This document shows, piece by piece, positions 13,656 through 23,741 of a DNA stretch of 64,000 nt. This DNA comes from Vicugna vicugna (Eukaryota), in the NCBI GenBank assembly GCA_013265495.1, contig MU058781.1, positions 6,600,522-6,664,521 of the forward strand, in the 5' to 3' direction. Made by a program: the position numbers and the translations under genes. The notes beneath the pieces are model-generated. The model did no database searches, had not been told where the DNA came from, and saw nothing but the letters and a program-made list of their open reading frames with translations. Every line of letters starts with the position of its first letter. Within the stretch, counting starts at the first letter, position 1.

Positions 13656-16004
13656 ATTTTTATTTTTTTGAAGAAGGATCTAACCTCTCTCTTTACATAA
13701 TTTGTTTCAGGGATGCCCCAACCTTTGGTTAAGAGCTATGTTTCATTTCCTTAGAGGCTGGAGATCACCAAAAGGTGGTGGTGCAGACAGCAAAGTCTCT
13801 GAGCTGACGGGGGGAGAGGAGGAACGCCACTTCTGTGGTTTCCCCTTCTCTGTAGAAAAATCCAAAACACTGAGTCAAGGATAACAGCGACAACCACTAT
13901 GCAGTTTTTCTGGACAGGATTTTGAGACTGACAGAGCCTGATTTTGACTATCTTCCTGGATTTGAAGCTGGGCTTCACCATTTTCTGGCCCTTATGATCT
14001 TGAAAGATCCTTCACATAAAACTCAGTTTTTGTCATCTGTAAAATGGGGGCAATGACACTACCTCCTCTAAGTGTTGTGGAAATGATTTCAGGAGACAAT
14101 GCATATGAAGTCTTTTACACTTAACAAATGTGAATAATGGTGCTGTGGGGATATTTGTTAATATTAAACAGATGTATCTTATTTGCCTTTAATCACGTTA
14201 CCCTCTGGTTCTCCGCTCTGTGTCAGTGACACGCATGCCTGCCTTCACGGGGTGGTGGGTACTGTCTTGAACACAGCTTAGCTTTCAGACCTCACCTAGG
14301 TTATAAGTCATCTTGAGAGCCAGGTTTTGTTGAATGAGAAAAGAGTTGTTTTAATTCCAAAAGCCTTCTTTTACATAGTCAAGCAAAGCTTGGAGGCCTG
14401 AGAATTTTGTTATAAGTCAGAGTATAGAGAGAACGACTCTGCTAGAAAGGTAGTGCCTATGAGACAGGAAAGGAAGGAGGAAGAAGGAATCAAGGACGGG
14501 GATGAGAGAAGAGACAGAGACATTCAGAGGCTGAGAACATGGTGAGGACGCTTCCTGGTCTGTAAGAGGAGACTCAATCCTCCATGTCTTTGTCTGGGGT
14601 CAGACATTAGGAAAACCATTAGAAGTCAAGACAGCTCTAGAGGGAATTTGAGACTGCCTAGGCCTGATGCCTGCTTCTCCCCGCTGGTATCCTCCCCACC
14701 TTGCTTTGGTAGGATGGAGGGAATAGATGGGCTCCAGAGAGCATCCAGCTGGTCCTCCTTGTGGCATGGACAAGTTCCCGAAGAATTCCATGAATGCAGA
14801 AGAATTAAGGGAATTAAGAGTCACTGTGACTGTCCAGGGTTTGCCATGCATGGGCACGGAATAGGAGTGTCATGGCCAGGGCTGCGTGTGGACAGCCCAG
14901 AACTGGGAGCTGGAAGAGCTGAGCCTCACAAACACCAAGTCCCAGTGCAGGGCCAGCGGGGGAAGCCGGTCAGCACAGGACGTTTGCCAGGTTTCCTGAG
15001 AGCAACCGTCCTGCAAAAAGCTTCTTTGGAGGACAGACTATCACTGACATCAGAGGTGGACGAAGACGGACAGAAGTCTGTGCCCCAAAATTAGGTGAGA
15101 AAAGCTATTCCTCAACCCGGGTCAGCAGGAGGCAGCAGAGGGCAACAGGTTATAGGCACTACCCTGGCTGACGACACCAAAGGTGCCTTCTAGACCCTTC
15201 CTGGGAGGCGAGGGGGTGGGGGTCAGGGGACAGAGAAGGGGAAAAAGAGCCTTAACACCCAGAGTTTGAGTTGACTGAATATTTACCAATTTTAAACAGA
15301 AAGAAGCTATTCAAGAATCATTTTCTTACATATCTGTACCATTTTTTGTTAGTGTATTTTAAATTTTATTTCTAACCTGTTTTCCTTTTTAAACTATTTT
15401 TAAAAATCCTTTTCCTTAAAATTTTTTCCAGTCATCCTGTTTGGGATTTAAAATTTTATTTTACAAGCTTCAAAAGCCTTGAACCAACCTTCCGTGTATT
15501 CCCAAATATTTGGGTATCATATTTGAATAGTAAAATAATCCTACCTTCATCAGTCTCTTCAGGAAAAAAAAATCCTATATTCATAGACTCTTCTTTTGTT
15601 GGCAGTTTTCTTTCTAAAGCTAATCATTAATATTGCTTGCCTCAATAAGTAATGATGTTTGCTTTTCCTAAGATTCACTTTCTATTTTGAGCAAAGCCCG
15701 TCACATCTACTCACTGTGCCTCCAATGAAGCAAATCTGAAAAGAATCAAATGTGAAAACATAACTATAAATAGAAACATTAATTAAAAGTTTCTGATCAT
15801 TTGCCTCTACCAGAAACATTAGTGCAGCTTGATTATTGGCTATAACTCACATATTCAAAGAACCCTAGCATTTTAACTTTTTTATTAGTATCTTTTTACT
15901 CCATGGAAATTGGCTTTCCTTTTGACTTTACTGTTAATAAAAAGTTAGATTCTCATTCACTCATAGGTTCCAGTTAGCTTTGCTTTGGCCCACAGCATCT
16001 CCTA

Positions 16005-16481
16005 ATGAGTTATGGTCATTTAAAAATGTCTACAAATTCTTGGACGTTCCTCCTTTCAAAAGGAAGAGCCCAATTCTCTCCCCTTCAGGGGAGGCTGGAT
16101 TCTGACTCACCTCTAATGAATAAAACAGGGTAGAAGTGACGAAGTGTGAGATGAGGTCACAAAAGGCTTTTCACTCCCAGGAAGCCAATTACCACATTGT
16201 GAGGTCACTGAAGCAGCACAGAGAGGTACACAAGGTGAGGAAGCACCAGCTGGCCAGCTGTGTGAGTGAACCATCCCAAAAAAGGATCCTCCCAACCCCA
16301 GTCAAGTCTTCGGATACCTGCTGCTCTGGCTGACGTCTTGACTGGAGCAACTGGAGCCAGAACTACTGAGAACTGCCCACTCCTGAATTCCGGACCCCTG
16401 GAAATTGTGTGAGACAATAAATATTTATTGTGTTTTAAGTTGAGTTTAAGGGTAATTCATTTTGCAGTAGATAACTAATAT
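16005..16481 (+). mobile_element. MaLR LTR (MLT1-type) solo LTR
   Basis: ccccagtcaagtcttcggata...gaaattgtgtgagacaataaat...tgttttaag...gcagtagataactaata, the typical MLT1 3' end. Confidence 0.8.
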
Positions 16482-16579
16482 TAATGCACTAGCTTTCTCA
16501 CAAATATATACCACTACCTATAAAAGGACTAGAAAACACTGTGGGTAAGGTGGCATTCTCGTATCATCATCAAGACAGC

Positions 16580-16797
16580 CTTGGACCCAAGTGGTCCTGA
16601 GGTTAGCTCTTAAAGCGTCATTCTCAGTGAATTGCTCTTGTCTTGGCTGTTGCTACGGCTCAGTGTTCTAACTCTGGTGTTTTTAAGCGGCTTGGCTTCT
16701 TTGAGATTAACCCCATGCTAGGTAAACAGTATGCTGATTCAACAGGTGTGACTCATCAATTACATGAAGGTGTGGCTTGTGGCTCGGATCTGTTCTC
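16580..16797 (-). pseudogene. Candidate relic of the ancestral last exon (C-terminal half of CAP-Gly)
   Basis: Frame from 16740 downward reads ESAYCLPSMGLISKKPSRLK, resembling Y-F-x-C-x-P-x-x-G-L-x-V-R-P-S-R; possible acceptor gatcttag|GA at 16797. Confidence 0.4.
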
Positions 16798-17422
16798 CTA
16801 AGATCTTCAGTCAAAGAAAAATACCTCTGCTCTGCTGCGGTATCTCCCCAAATGCATGCTAGACTAAGAAAAGACCAACGATAACAAAGAAACCTAAGAA
16901 CATCTCTGTACGACTTGGTTCAGGCAGATGAAGTTGTGATAAACACGATGTGCTCTAGTTTTAAAGTGTAAACAGTTACAGGTGTTTTAGGTATTGTGAA
17001 AGGGTCAAGTTGGTTTGTACTCCTCTACTCCAAAACCAAACTGGACCCTTTTCCCCTCTCCAAGTTGATCTTCTTCCAGAGACTCCAATTTCAACTTACC
17101 TTTCTCTTTGTAAAACATTCACTGTTCTATGAATCAGCCCCTCAGTGTCTTCATAAACAGAGTCCCATAAGGAGTCAAGAGTTTCTTTCTCAGGGACCCA
17201 GTCTGATGCTGAGAAGCCTACAGCAAGCTCCAAGATGATGGTTGTTGCCAGCTGGGCTCAGATTATGGTGACGGAGGCACCCAAACCATCTTCTTTGACC
17301 TACAGAATTCTAAGAACTGTATGCAGTGACAAAGGCACCCCTCACAAAGGAGGAAATAACTTGTTTTTCCAAAAAACACAGAGGTGAGTGTGTGTCCCAG
17401 AACATCAGAAAGTTGAAGACTA

Positions 17423-17530
17423 GGTGGGGAGCGTATATTTCAGCGGTAGAGCACATGCTTAGCATGCATGAGGTCCAGGGTTCAATCCCCGGTACCTCCT
17501 TAAAAATAAATAGATAAATACACCTAATTA
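17423..17530 (+). mobile_element. Camelid tRNA-derived SINE
   Basis: cagcggtagagcacatgcttagcatgcatgaggtccagggttcaatcccc plus A-rich tail; flanking aagacta repeats. Confidence 0.88.
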
Positions 17531-19330
17531 AGACTAAGTTTTATTTCAACTTCACTTACTGTGTCTGTGGAAAAAAAAAAAGACCATTAAGTGGCACTCA
17601 AATCTAAAACTACCTTTGCCCTTGGCTGAGGGGATTAGAAACAAATGACAAGGTTACATGGAAGACTTCGGGGTTTTTTCACTCCTGTCAGCTCCAGTTC
17701 ATAACGTGTTATGGGCAGAACTTGCCTCCTGGCATTCTCGTGGAGTCCTCCATGTTCCAGGTTCCCCTGCTGGCAGGATGCTGTCCACCCTGAGATGTCT
17801 AGTGGGTGCTGCTGGGCTTGAGAAGAGACAGCCTTTCCTCCAGGTCAGGAGAAAACTGAGACAAACTGCTGTAGATTACAGGGTGAATTTCTGTTGTTTT
17901 TTTAATTTGGGAGGTAGGCTCAATATTACAGAAAGACACATGTGCTAGTGTTAGTGCAATAAACTCAAGGCTGAATACAAAGATCTCTCTACATGGTTGT
18001 GTACCATAGCAGCCTCTTCTGTTTTTAGCTCTTGATCCAGAAGAGAATGCAAGAACTCTTATTCATTTACATCGTCTTTCAAGACTTTTCATTTACATGA
18101 CCAGAAACTTTTTAAAAATAAAGATTAATCATGTAATTAGTAATTAATCACGTAATCTTTTTTCCCTGACGTAGTTCTAAAGCTTGAATATTATAATTTT
18201 CAAAATATATATTGGCTAGAACAGGATAATTTTTAAGATAGTATCTTGCCCTCACCTACCCTAGAATTATTTTTTATGAACAGTTGTTTTTCCCATAAGT
18301 CGATGCCCTAGAAACACAAATCTAAATTTTTGCTATGACAAAATGTGTGTCCAAATAATGATAAACAAATGTGATGACAGCAGTAATATTGTACTTTGGA
18401 AATTAACTGTTACACACATTGCCTATAGTTAAGTATCCAATCTGTCCTAAAGCCAGTGTGCACTCCCCCAGTTAGTGACAAATGACGATGCCACTGACCA
18501 AATGCCACTGATCACGTAATAGATCACATACTAGTAAAGGGAACGACAATTAGCTTATTTTGTCCTGAACTGTATTTGTAGTTGCCATGATTTCTTTAAC
18601 TGTTAAACAGCTGCTTTCCTCCCCCAGCCCCCATTCTGTAACATTCAAATCCTTTCTACTTTCTCGTGGAAGTCCCTCTGTCCAGAACAGGCTAGCTCTA
18701 GTTCCTGACCACATCAGAAAGGCCATTGGGAACAACGGAGATTTTTCTGAAAAGCTTCTGTAAAGCTGTTTTTAGATGACACTTTCATACTAAGCTCTCT
18801 TTAGCCACCCCTCCCGGGTGGCGGGCGCTGCTGCTTCCTCTGAAGACCTTGAGCACCGTGACCACGTGGAGCACACCCCATCCCACCTGTGGCAGATCAT
18901 CCCCACTAATGTTGGTCAGTCTGGACTTGTGACCCTTACCACAGCCCTTCTGCTCTCTGAAGGGGGGTGGTCCCCCCTCAAGAGGCCTGTCCCTCCCCAA
19001 CACGTCACCAGACAGAACACGGAGAGGAGAGGCTGATGGAAGTGTTGCCGCCCTCCACCTCTGCCTTCCACGCGTCCACCACTTAGTAACAACAGCACCA
19101 AAGGCATCTGCTGCTCTGAGGATTAAGTGACATAAACATCACAAGTTGGGAACAGTGTCAAGTACACAGTCAACCCCCAGTGAATGTTCGCTGTTACTAT
19201 TATGGTTTAAGCTACAGGGACACACATGCATGCAAACAAATATGGAAAACGGATCTGAAACTAATGGCAGAGTTATTAAAGACAAACAACCGATGCTTTA
19301 AAATCCAAATTAGACAGTCTGTATTCTAAA

Positions 19331-19346
19331 ACACACACACACACAC
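19331..19346. repeat. (CA)n microsatellite
   Basis: acacacacacacacac. Confidence 0.9.
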
Positions 19347-19569
19347 CATCTGTACCAATTAAATACAATAAAGTTGAAAGGGGATATAAATTACAGTTTT
19401 TCTTCTTTAAACAGACAATAGTAAAATACTACAGTCAGCTCACTATACACATAATTCATGACAGCAGCTTTTCCTTAAAATCTCCAATATCTTACCCATT
19501 TACTGACGCTAAGAACTTGAAGGAAACAGGTACAGCAGGCTGTACACCTCCTCTGGCTCCCACAATACA

Positions 19570-19575
19570 TTTATT
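19570..19575 (-). terminator. AATAAA, candidate polyA signal of the alternative last exon
   Basis: Minus strand tgtacagcAATAAAtgtattgtg with several UGUA motifs nearby; about 1.3 kb after the GSAGTR stop. Confidence 0.55.
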
Positions 19576-20868
19576 GCTGTACATCCAGGCCAATTGTACA
19601 GGCATCTACATGATAGGAACACAAAGTACTTTTGGAAAAACTTCCGCACACATACTCCTTCCGTCTCCATCGGTAAGAGCATCTTACAAATGAAGACAAG
19701 GACAGCAGGTTGTCTGTACTCAATCATCTCCTGCAAAGACAGTGAAGTGGGCACCCGTGAACGGTATTTATAGCTCATTCCAACTCTTCAGCATTTTCCC
19801 GAATGTAAGTAAAATAACAATGGCAAAACCACACCACAACAAAACCTACCAATCCCAAACAAAACCACAAAAAGACGAAAATCAACACCCTCTCCTCCCC
19901 TGAACCCGACGCTCGGCATGTCCTTGTGTTTTCTTAACAGTAATACTGCTCCGTGCATCCCACCTGCCTGGCTGGACTGAACCAAGGTACCAGTAATGCT
20001 GGGGTCAGAGCCCCCGTCACTGCCAACGGCCAGAATACCACGTCACATCAGCAGGTGGCAGGCCAGGTGGAAGACCAAAGATCGGGGCTGTGAGAGTGTT
20101 CAGTGTGCTTACGAAACCAGGGACAGAGAGTGGCAGCACTCAGCCCGGCGGCCAAGGGGAGTATGGCACCCAGCTTGCAGTAAAACACGTTTGTACACAT
20201 AAAACAGGAGAGGACAGCAGAAACGTTCAGTCTTATGTAAGTTCTTTGGTTATAAAGAACGGCATCCTGTAACCTTAGCTGCAGAGAGGGATTTGCAGCC
20301 TCACTCTTAGGCGATACAATCTTTCTCATCTGCTCATGTTCTGAGAGATGGCCCAAGTTTGTAACAAAGTCCAGTACCTTACGATTCTCTACAAACCACT
20401 TTTATCCCCATTTTAGTGTGCAGTCTCGTCTGTCGCCAGACATACTATACATACACATTTCATATACATCATATATATTATTTATAAAAAAAAATTAGAG
20501 CATTGACTCCAGATTCTACAGTAAGAACCAATTAAAATTGTACAAGAATAAAGTCTGTTTGAATCTGTGGAGGTTTCTACACAGTGGGGGTGTGTAGTGA
20601 GTGCAAACAAAAATACTGCCACTTAATTCATCCAGGATTTTCGGTTCTCTGGGAAAAAGCAGAGGTTGCTGGTTCAGCAGAGTGACAAAGCGCTGCCCTT
20701 CCCTGCTCTGGAAGGGAGCGGAGGTGGCCCCAGAAGCGCACGCACGGCTTCTTCATGCTGGTCTGAGGTCCGACCGGGCTGCCGCAGGTTTTAAAGATGG
20801 GGCTGGTGCTCCCACGAGGCTACCGGAACACAGATGCTGGGGCCTTCGGAGGAAGGGCGTGCTGCCTC

Positions 20869-20889
20869 TCACCGAGTGCCCGCGCTCCC
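20869..20889 (-). CDS. KIF13A: KIF13A alternative last exon, coding part (GSAGTR*), spliced from the internal exon 39 donor at 22950/22949
   Basis: Acceptor ctcaccagcctctgcattccag|GGG AGC GCG GGC ACT CGG TGA; the donor CAG|GTAATA is phase 0. A 6-aa tail fits the short-tailed KIF13A isoform length I recall. Confidence 0.7.
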   Translation of the reverse strand, partial: GSAGTR

Positions 20890-21871
20890 CTGGAATGCAG
20901 AGGCTGGTGAGTTCAAGCTCCTGTCCCCCCCACCCTTCCCCACCCACAGGGACCACCCTCGGCCAGGCCCTGCCCACCCCACACCAGGGGCTCTTCCTGC
21001 AGGGACCCACAGGATCCCATTTGCTATGGAATCAAGTTCTAGAATTTACACCCTAGAAGGGAGAAACCTAGCTCCAAGGTGAAGCTTCTAGGAAAAGTAA
21101 TGACAGTAAGACCCAAAGTTAAAGTAAAAACATGTTATTTCTGGGTCCACGTTCTCAGTCATACCAGGGTAAGAACAGAAGTCAAACTTTAGTACTTAAA
21201 AGTTCTCAAAACACTGTCAACATAATCTATTAAAACCAATATAACAAAAATACTAAAGTAACTTTTTTTAAAAAAAGAAAAAAAAAATCCCCATAGTCCC
21301 ACATTACCCTGATACAAAAACTATTTTTTGTAAATTCAACTTTTAAAGCAAGATCTTTGGCAGGGACACGCTATTCCAGAGCCTTTTGAAAGCAAAAATT
21401 AGGTACTGTTCCTGCTATTGGACAAATAACCCAGGCACTGAAACAAGGTGGGGGGGGGTCGCTGCTCCTCCCTCTTCTATGGGCCATGCTTCAAACAGTG
21501 CAGCCCCCAGACATCCCACCCGTATTACTTTAGCAGAGGGGTTTGTGAAAATCTTATCCCCCTCACTGCACCTCATACTGAAGCAAAATCTTAGGTTTGG
21601 AGGACAGTGACTCCCAGGAATTTGAATTTTTAAGAGGCACCTTCACCCAACACCCCCCAGTGAGTCTACTGTGTATTTAGGTTTGGTAAATGTTGTTCTA
21701 AGGTGAAGACTTAACCCCTGGACTTCCTGACCACGTTCTTCCTGGGCTTCTTGGAAGGACTAAAAAACTGAGGCAGGACAGCAACATGGATTCTGTTCAA
21801 GAACAGTATAAAGGAAGCTGAAGACTTTTAAACAAATGAATGTTCGGTTTGCAAGAACAGTAATGAGCAAC

Positions 21872-21882
21872 TTTATTTTATT
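21872..21882 (-). terminator. Overlapping tandem AATAAA, candidate second polyA site
   Basis: Minus strand aaatgtaaAATAAAATAAAgttgctcatt, with UGUA just upstream. Confidence 0.45.
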
Positions 21883-22481
21883 TTACATTTTGTTGGGGAA
21901 AGAAGACTTTTTTTGAGGTGTAAGAGACCGCTGTTTGGTTTTTGCAGTTTCTGTATGCATATGCTGTATAAATGATCACATACTGAAATTTTAAAGACTA
22001 GCATGGAAAACGTGGGGGTAAAGAGCCACCAAACTGGAATGATAACTTCCTCAGCAAAACAGAGAGACTGAAGGGCACCCCAATTATCTTCTCCGTCACC
22101 GAGCTGCTTTCTGGTTCTGTCAGCTCTTTGGCTAATCCTGGAGCTCCCCTATCTCTCACACAGCTACAGCTGGGGTGTGGGACCCCAAATGGGAAGAGAC
22201 AGTGGTACCCAGAAGTAGATAATCTCTTATTAATAAAATTCACTATTTTTCTTAGGAATATTGGCAAAACCCACTTTGTTCCAATATGAAAATGAAACAC
22301 TATAATAAACCAACCTGGGTAACTTCCAAACCCCAAGTTTGAATTGCGCAGGATTTCACCTACACTTCCCCAAAGCACTTTTTATCCTATGGTTCCAAAT
22401 GTCTGTATTTTAACAAATCTGCAATGCATGCCTCCCCCACACTGAGCTTTTCAACCTCGCTGAAATTGCTGATAATGATAG

Positions 22482-22505
22482 TTTAATTGGAAGTATTTTT
22501 TTAAT
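22482..22505 (-). terminator. Proximal polyadenylation signals (2x ATTAAA) for the exon 39 read-through isoform
   Basis: tttaat on the + strand at 22482-22487 and 22500-22505, about 360-380 nt after the stop. Confidence 0.55.
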
Positions 22506-22651
22506 GAGACATAAAATAATGGTAGATCTAATCATCAGAAAAATCACAGATTTGATGACATATGGTATATGCTACCACCAAGATATTCTTGGGATGGTCA
22601 GTAATTATATGTTTCAGGGAAGGAACACAAGATCGATCGACTGATCCCTAC

Positions 22652-22800
22652 CCATGTGAATGCTTAATTCAACATGAACCCATACACCAGTTTAAAAAGC
22701 CACTAGTCCGCTAGTATATTTCATAGTTCCACTGTGATACAAGCAGACTTGGGGACTTGCTCCCCGACCCCAGCCAACTGGGCAGGATGTGAGCCTGGTC
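22652..22800 (-). pseudogene. Decayed CAP-Gly domain (N-terminal half) in the KIF13A 3' UTR
   Basis: Manual translation: DQAHILPSWL/VGEQV[8-nt insertion]CLYHSGTMKYTSGLVAF*TGVWVHVELSIHM-G|gtaggg; resembles the CAP-Gly consensus G-x-V-R-Y-x-G-x-x-x-F-x-x-G-x-W-V-G-V-E-L. Confidence 0.8.
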
Positions 22801-22865
22801 CCCCGGTGGGCTCATCTTCCCTGTCAGAAACACCTGAATGAATCTCTCCTCCTAAGTCACTATTT

Positions 22866-23741
22866 TCAAGGACCTCTGGGAGTTGGGGCCCAATTAGGTG
22901 CCCTCATTGATCGCCCAGGACCCAAAGGACTGCCCCTGGAATTTATTACCTGGTCATTCTCTGCCAAAGAACACAGCTGGCCAAGGTCCTGTGGCCCATC
23001 TGAGACACTCTTACTGTCCAATGTATGTGGTAGGTTCCTCCTACTTGAAAGTTCTCCAGCAGAAGGGTCTGTCAAGCCATCAAAATCTTTCCCATCTGAC
23101 ACTCCCATAAACTCTGTGAAAGAATGGTCCTCGAGGATGTTGGTGGTGTGCTCTATGGTCACTTCCCTGGGGCAGAATCCTCTGGCTGGCTGGCCGTTTT
23201 TGCTGGAGCAAGTCTCTTGCTCGGAACATGAGCCGGTCCTACAGAGCGTTTTGGAGCTTTTCTCAGGGATGCTTTGGGATGGTGGGCTCCCTTTGGCTAA
23301 GGCACTATTTTCCTTGAGTGGCACCGGAGTCATCTTATCCTTTACCGAGCCTCTTTCTAGTTCTGTCAACTCTTTGTTTGAGGATGGTCTGAGATCATGC
23401 ACAAATGATGGTCCGGCATGTTCGCTGGAGTCTGCGTCCTTCGTCTGAAGGGCCAGCTGGTCTGAGCTGTCACTAGAAGGGACCACCATGTCAGACAGGG
23501 TGGCGTTGGAGGCACTGTGGGAGAAGTAGCCACTGGTGATGCTGCTGGTGGTGGGACTGCGGGCCACTTCTTTCTCCAGGACCTTGGAGTTCATCAAATC
23601 CACTTTGGAAGAAAACCACTCTCTGTTCTCCAGGCTGGCATTGTAAACACTGAAGTCAGCAAACTCCACAGGCACGTAAGGCTGCGAGCTTATCAGCTTC
23701 CGGTTAAGAGCTTCCAGATCACTGTCCTCCTCTTCAGAGTC
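22866..23741 (-). CDS. KIF13A: KIF13A exon ~39 coding part (read-through C-terminus) to TGA
   Basis: tttctgtag|GAC acceptor; DSEEEDSDLEALNRKLISSQPYVPVEFADFSVYNASLENREW...RSPTTSSITSGYFSHSASNATLSD...ENDQVINSRGSPLGPGRSMRAPNWAPTPRGP*; 876 nt in frame. Confidence 0.93.
   Translation of the reverse strand, partial: DSEEEDSDLEALNRKLISSQPYVPVEFADFSVYNASLENREWFSSKVDLMNSKVLEKEVARSPTTSSITSGYFSHSASNATLSDMVVPSSDSSDQLALQTKDADSSEHAGPSFVHDLRPSSNKELTELERGSVKDKMTPVPLKENSALAKGSPPSQSIPEKSSKTLCRTGSCSEQETCSSKNGQPARGFCPREVTIEHTTNILEDHSFTEFMGVSDGKDFDGLTDPSAGELSSRRNLPHTLDSKSVSDGPQDLGQLCSLAENDQVINSRGSPLGPGRSMRAPNWAPTPRGP

Noticed and set aside
17423..17500. tRNA-like A/B boxes (also at 9018, 13500, 51695, 52342 and 54265)
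   Set aside because: A-rich tails, target-site duplications and divergence show they are SINE copies, not tRNA genes.
17658..19107. Exon-like GC-richer patches at ~17660-17870 and ~18790-19060, tested as further CAP-Gly relics
   Set aside because: Minus-strand translations show no CAP-Gly or KIF13 motifs.
20580..20708. Alternative acceptor cccttccag giving a SREGQRFVTLL... tail
   Set aside because: The 20889 acceptor comes first in the transcript and gives the 6-aa tail that fits my recollection of the isoform length; nothing supports this site.
22789..23448. 219-aa plus-strand ORF
   Set aside because: It is the antisense shadow of KIF13A exon 39, has a non-ATG start and resembles no protein I recognise.
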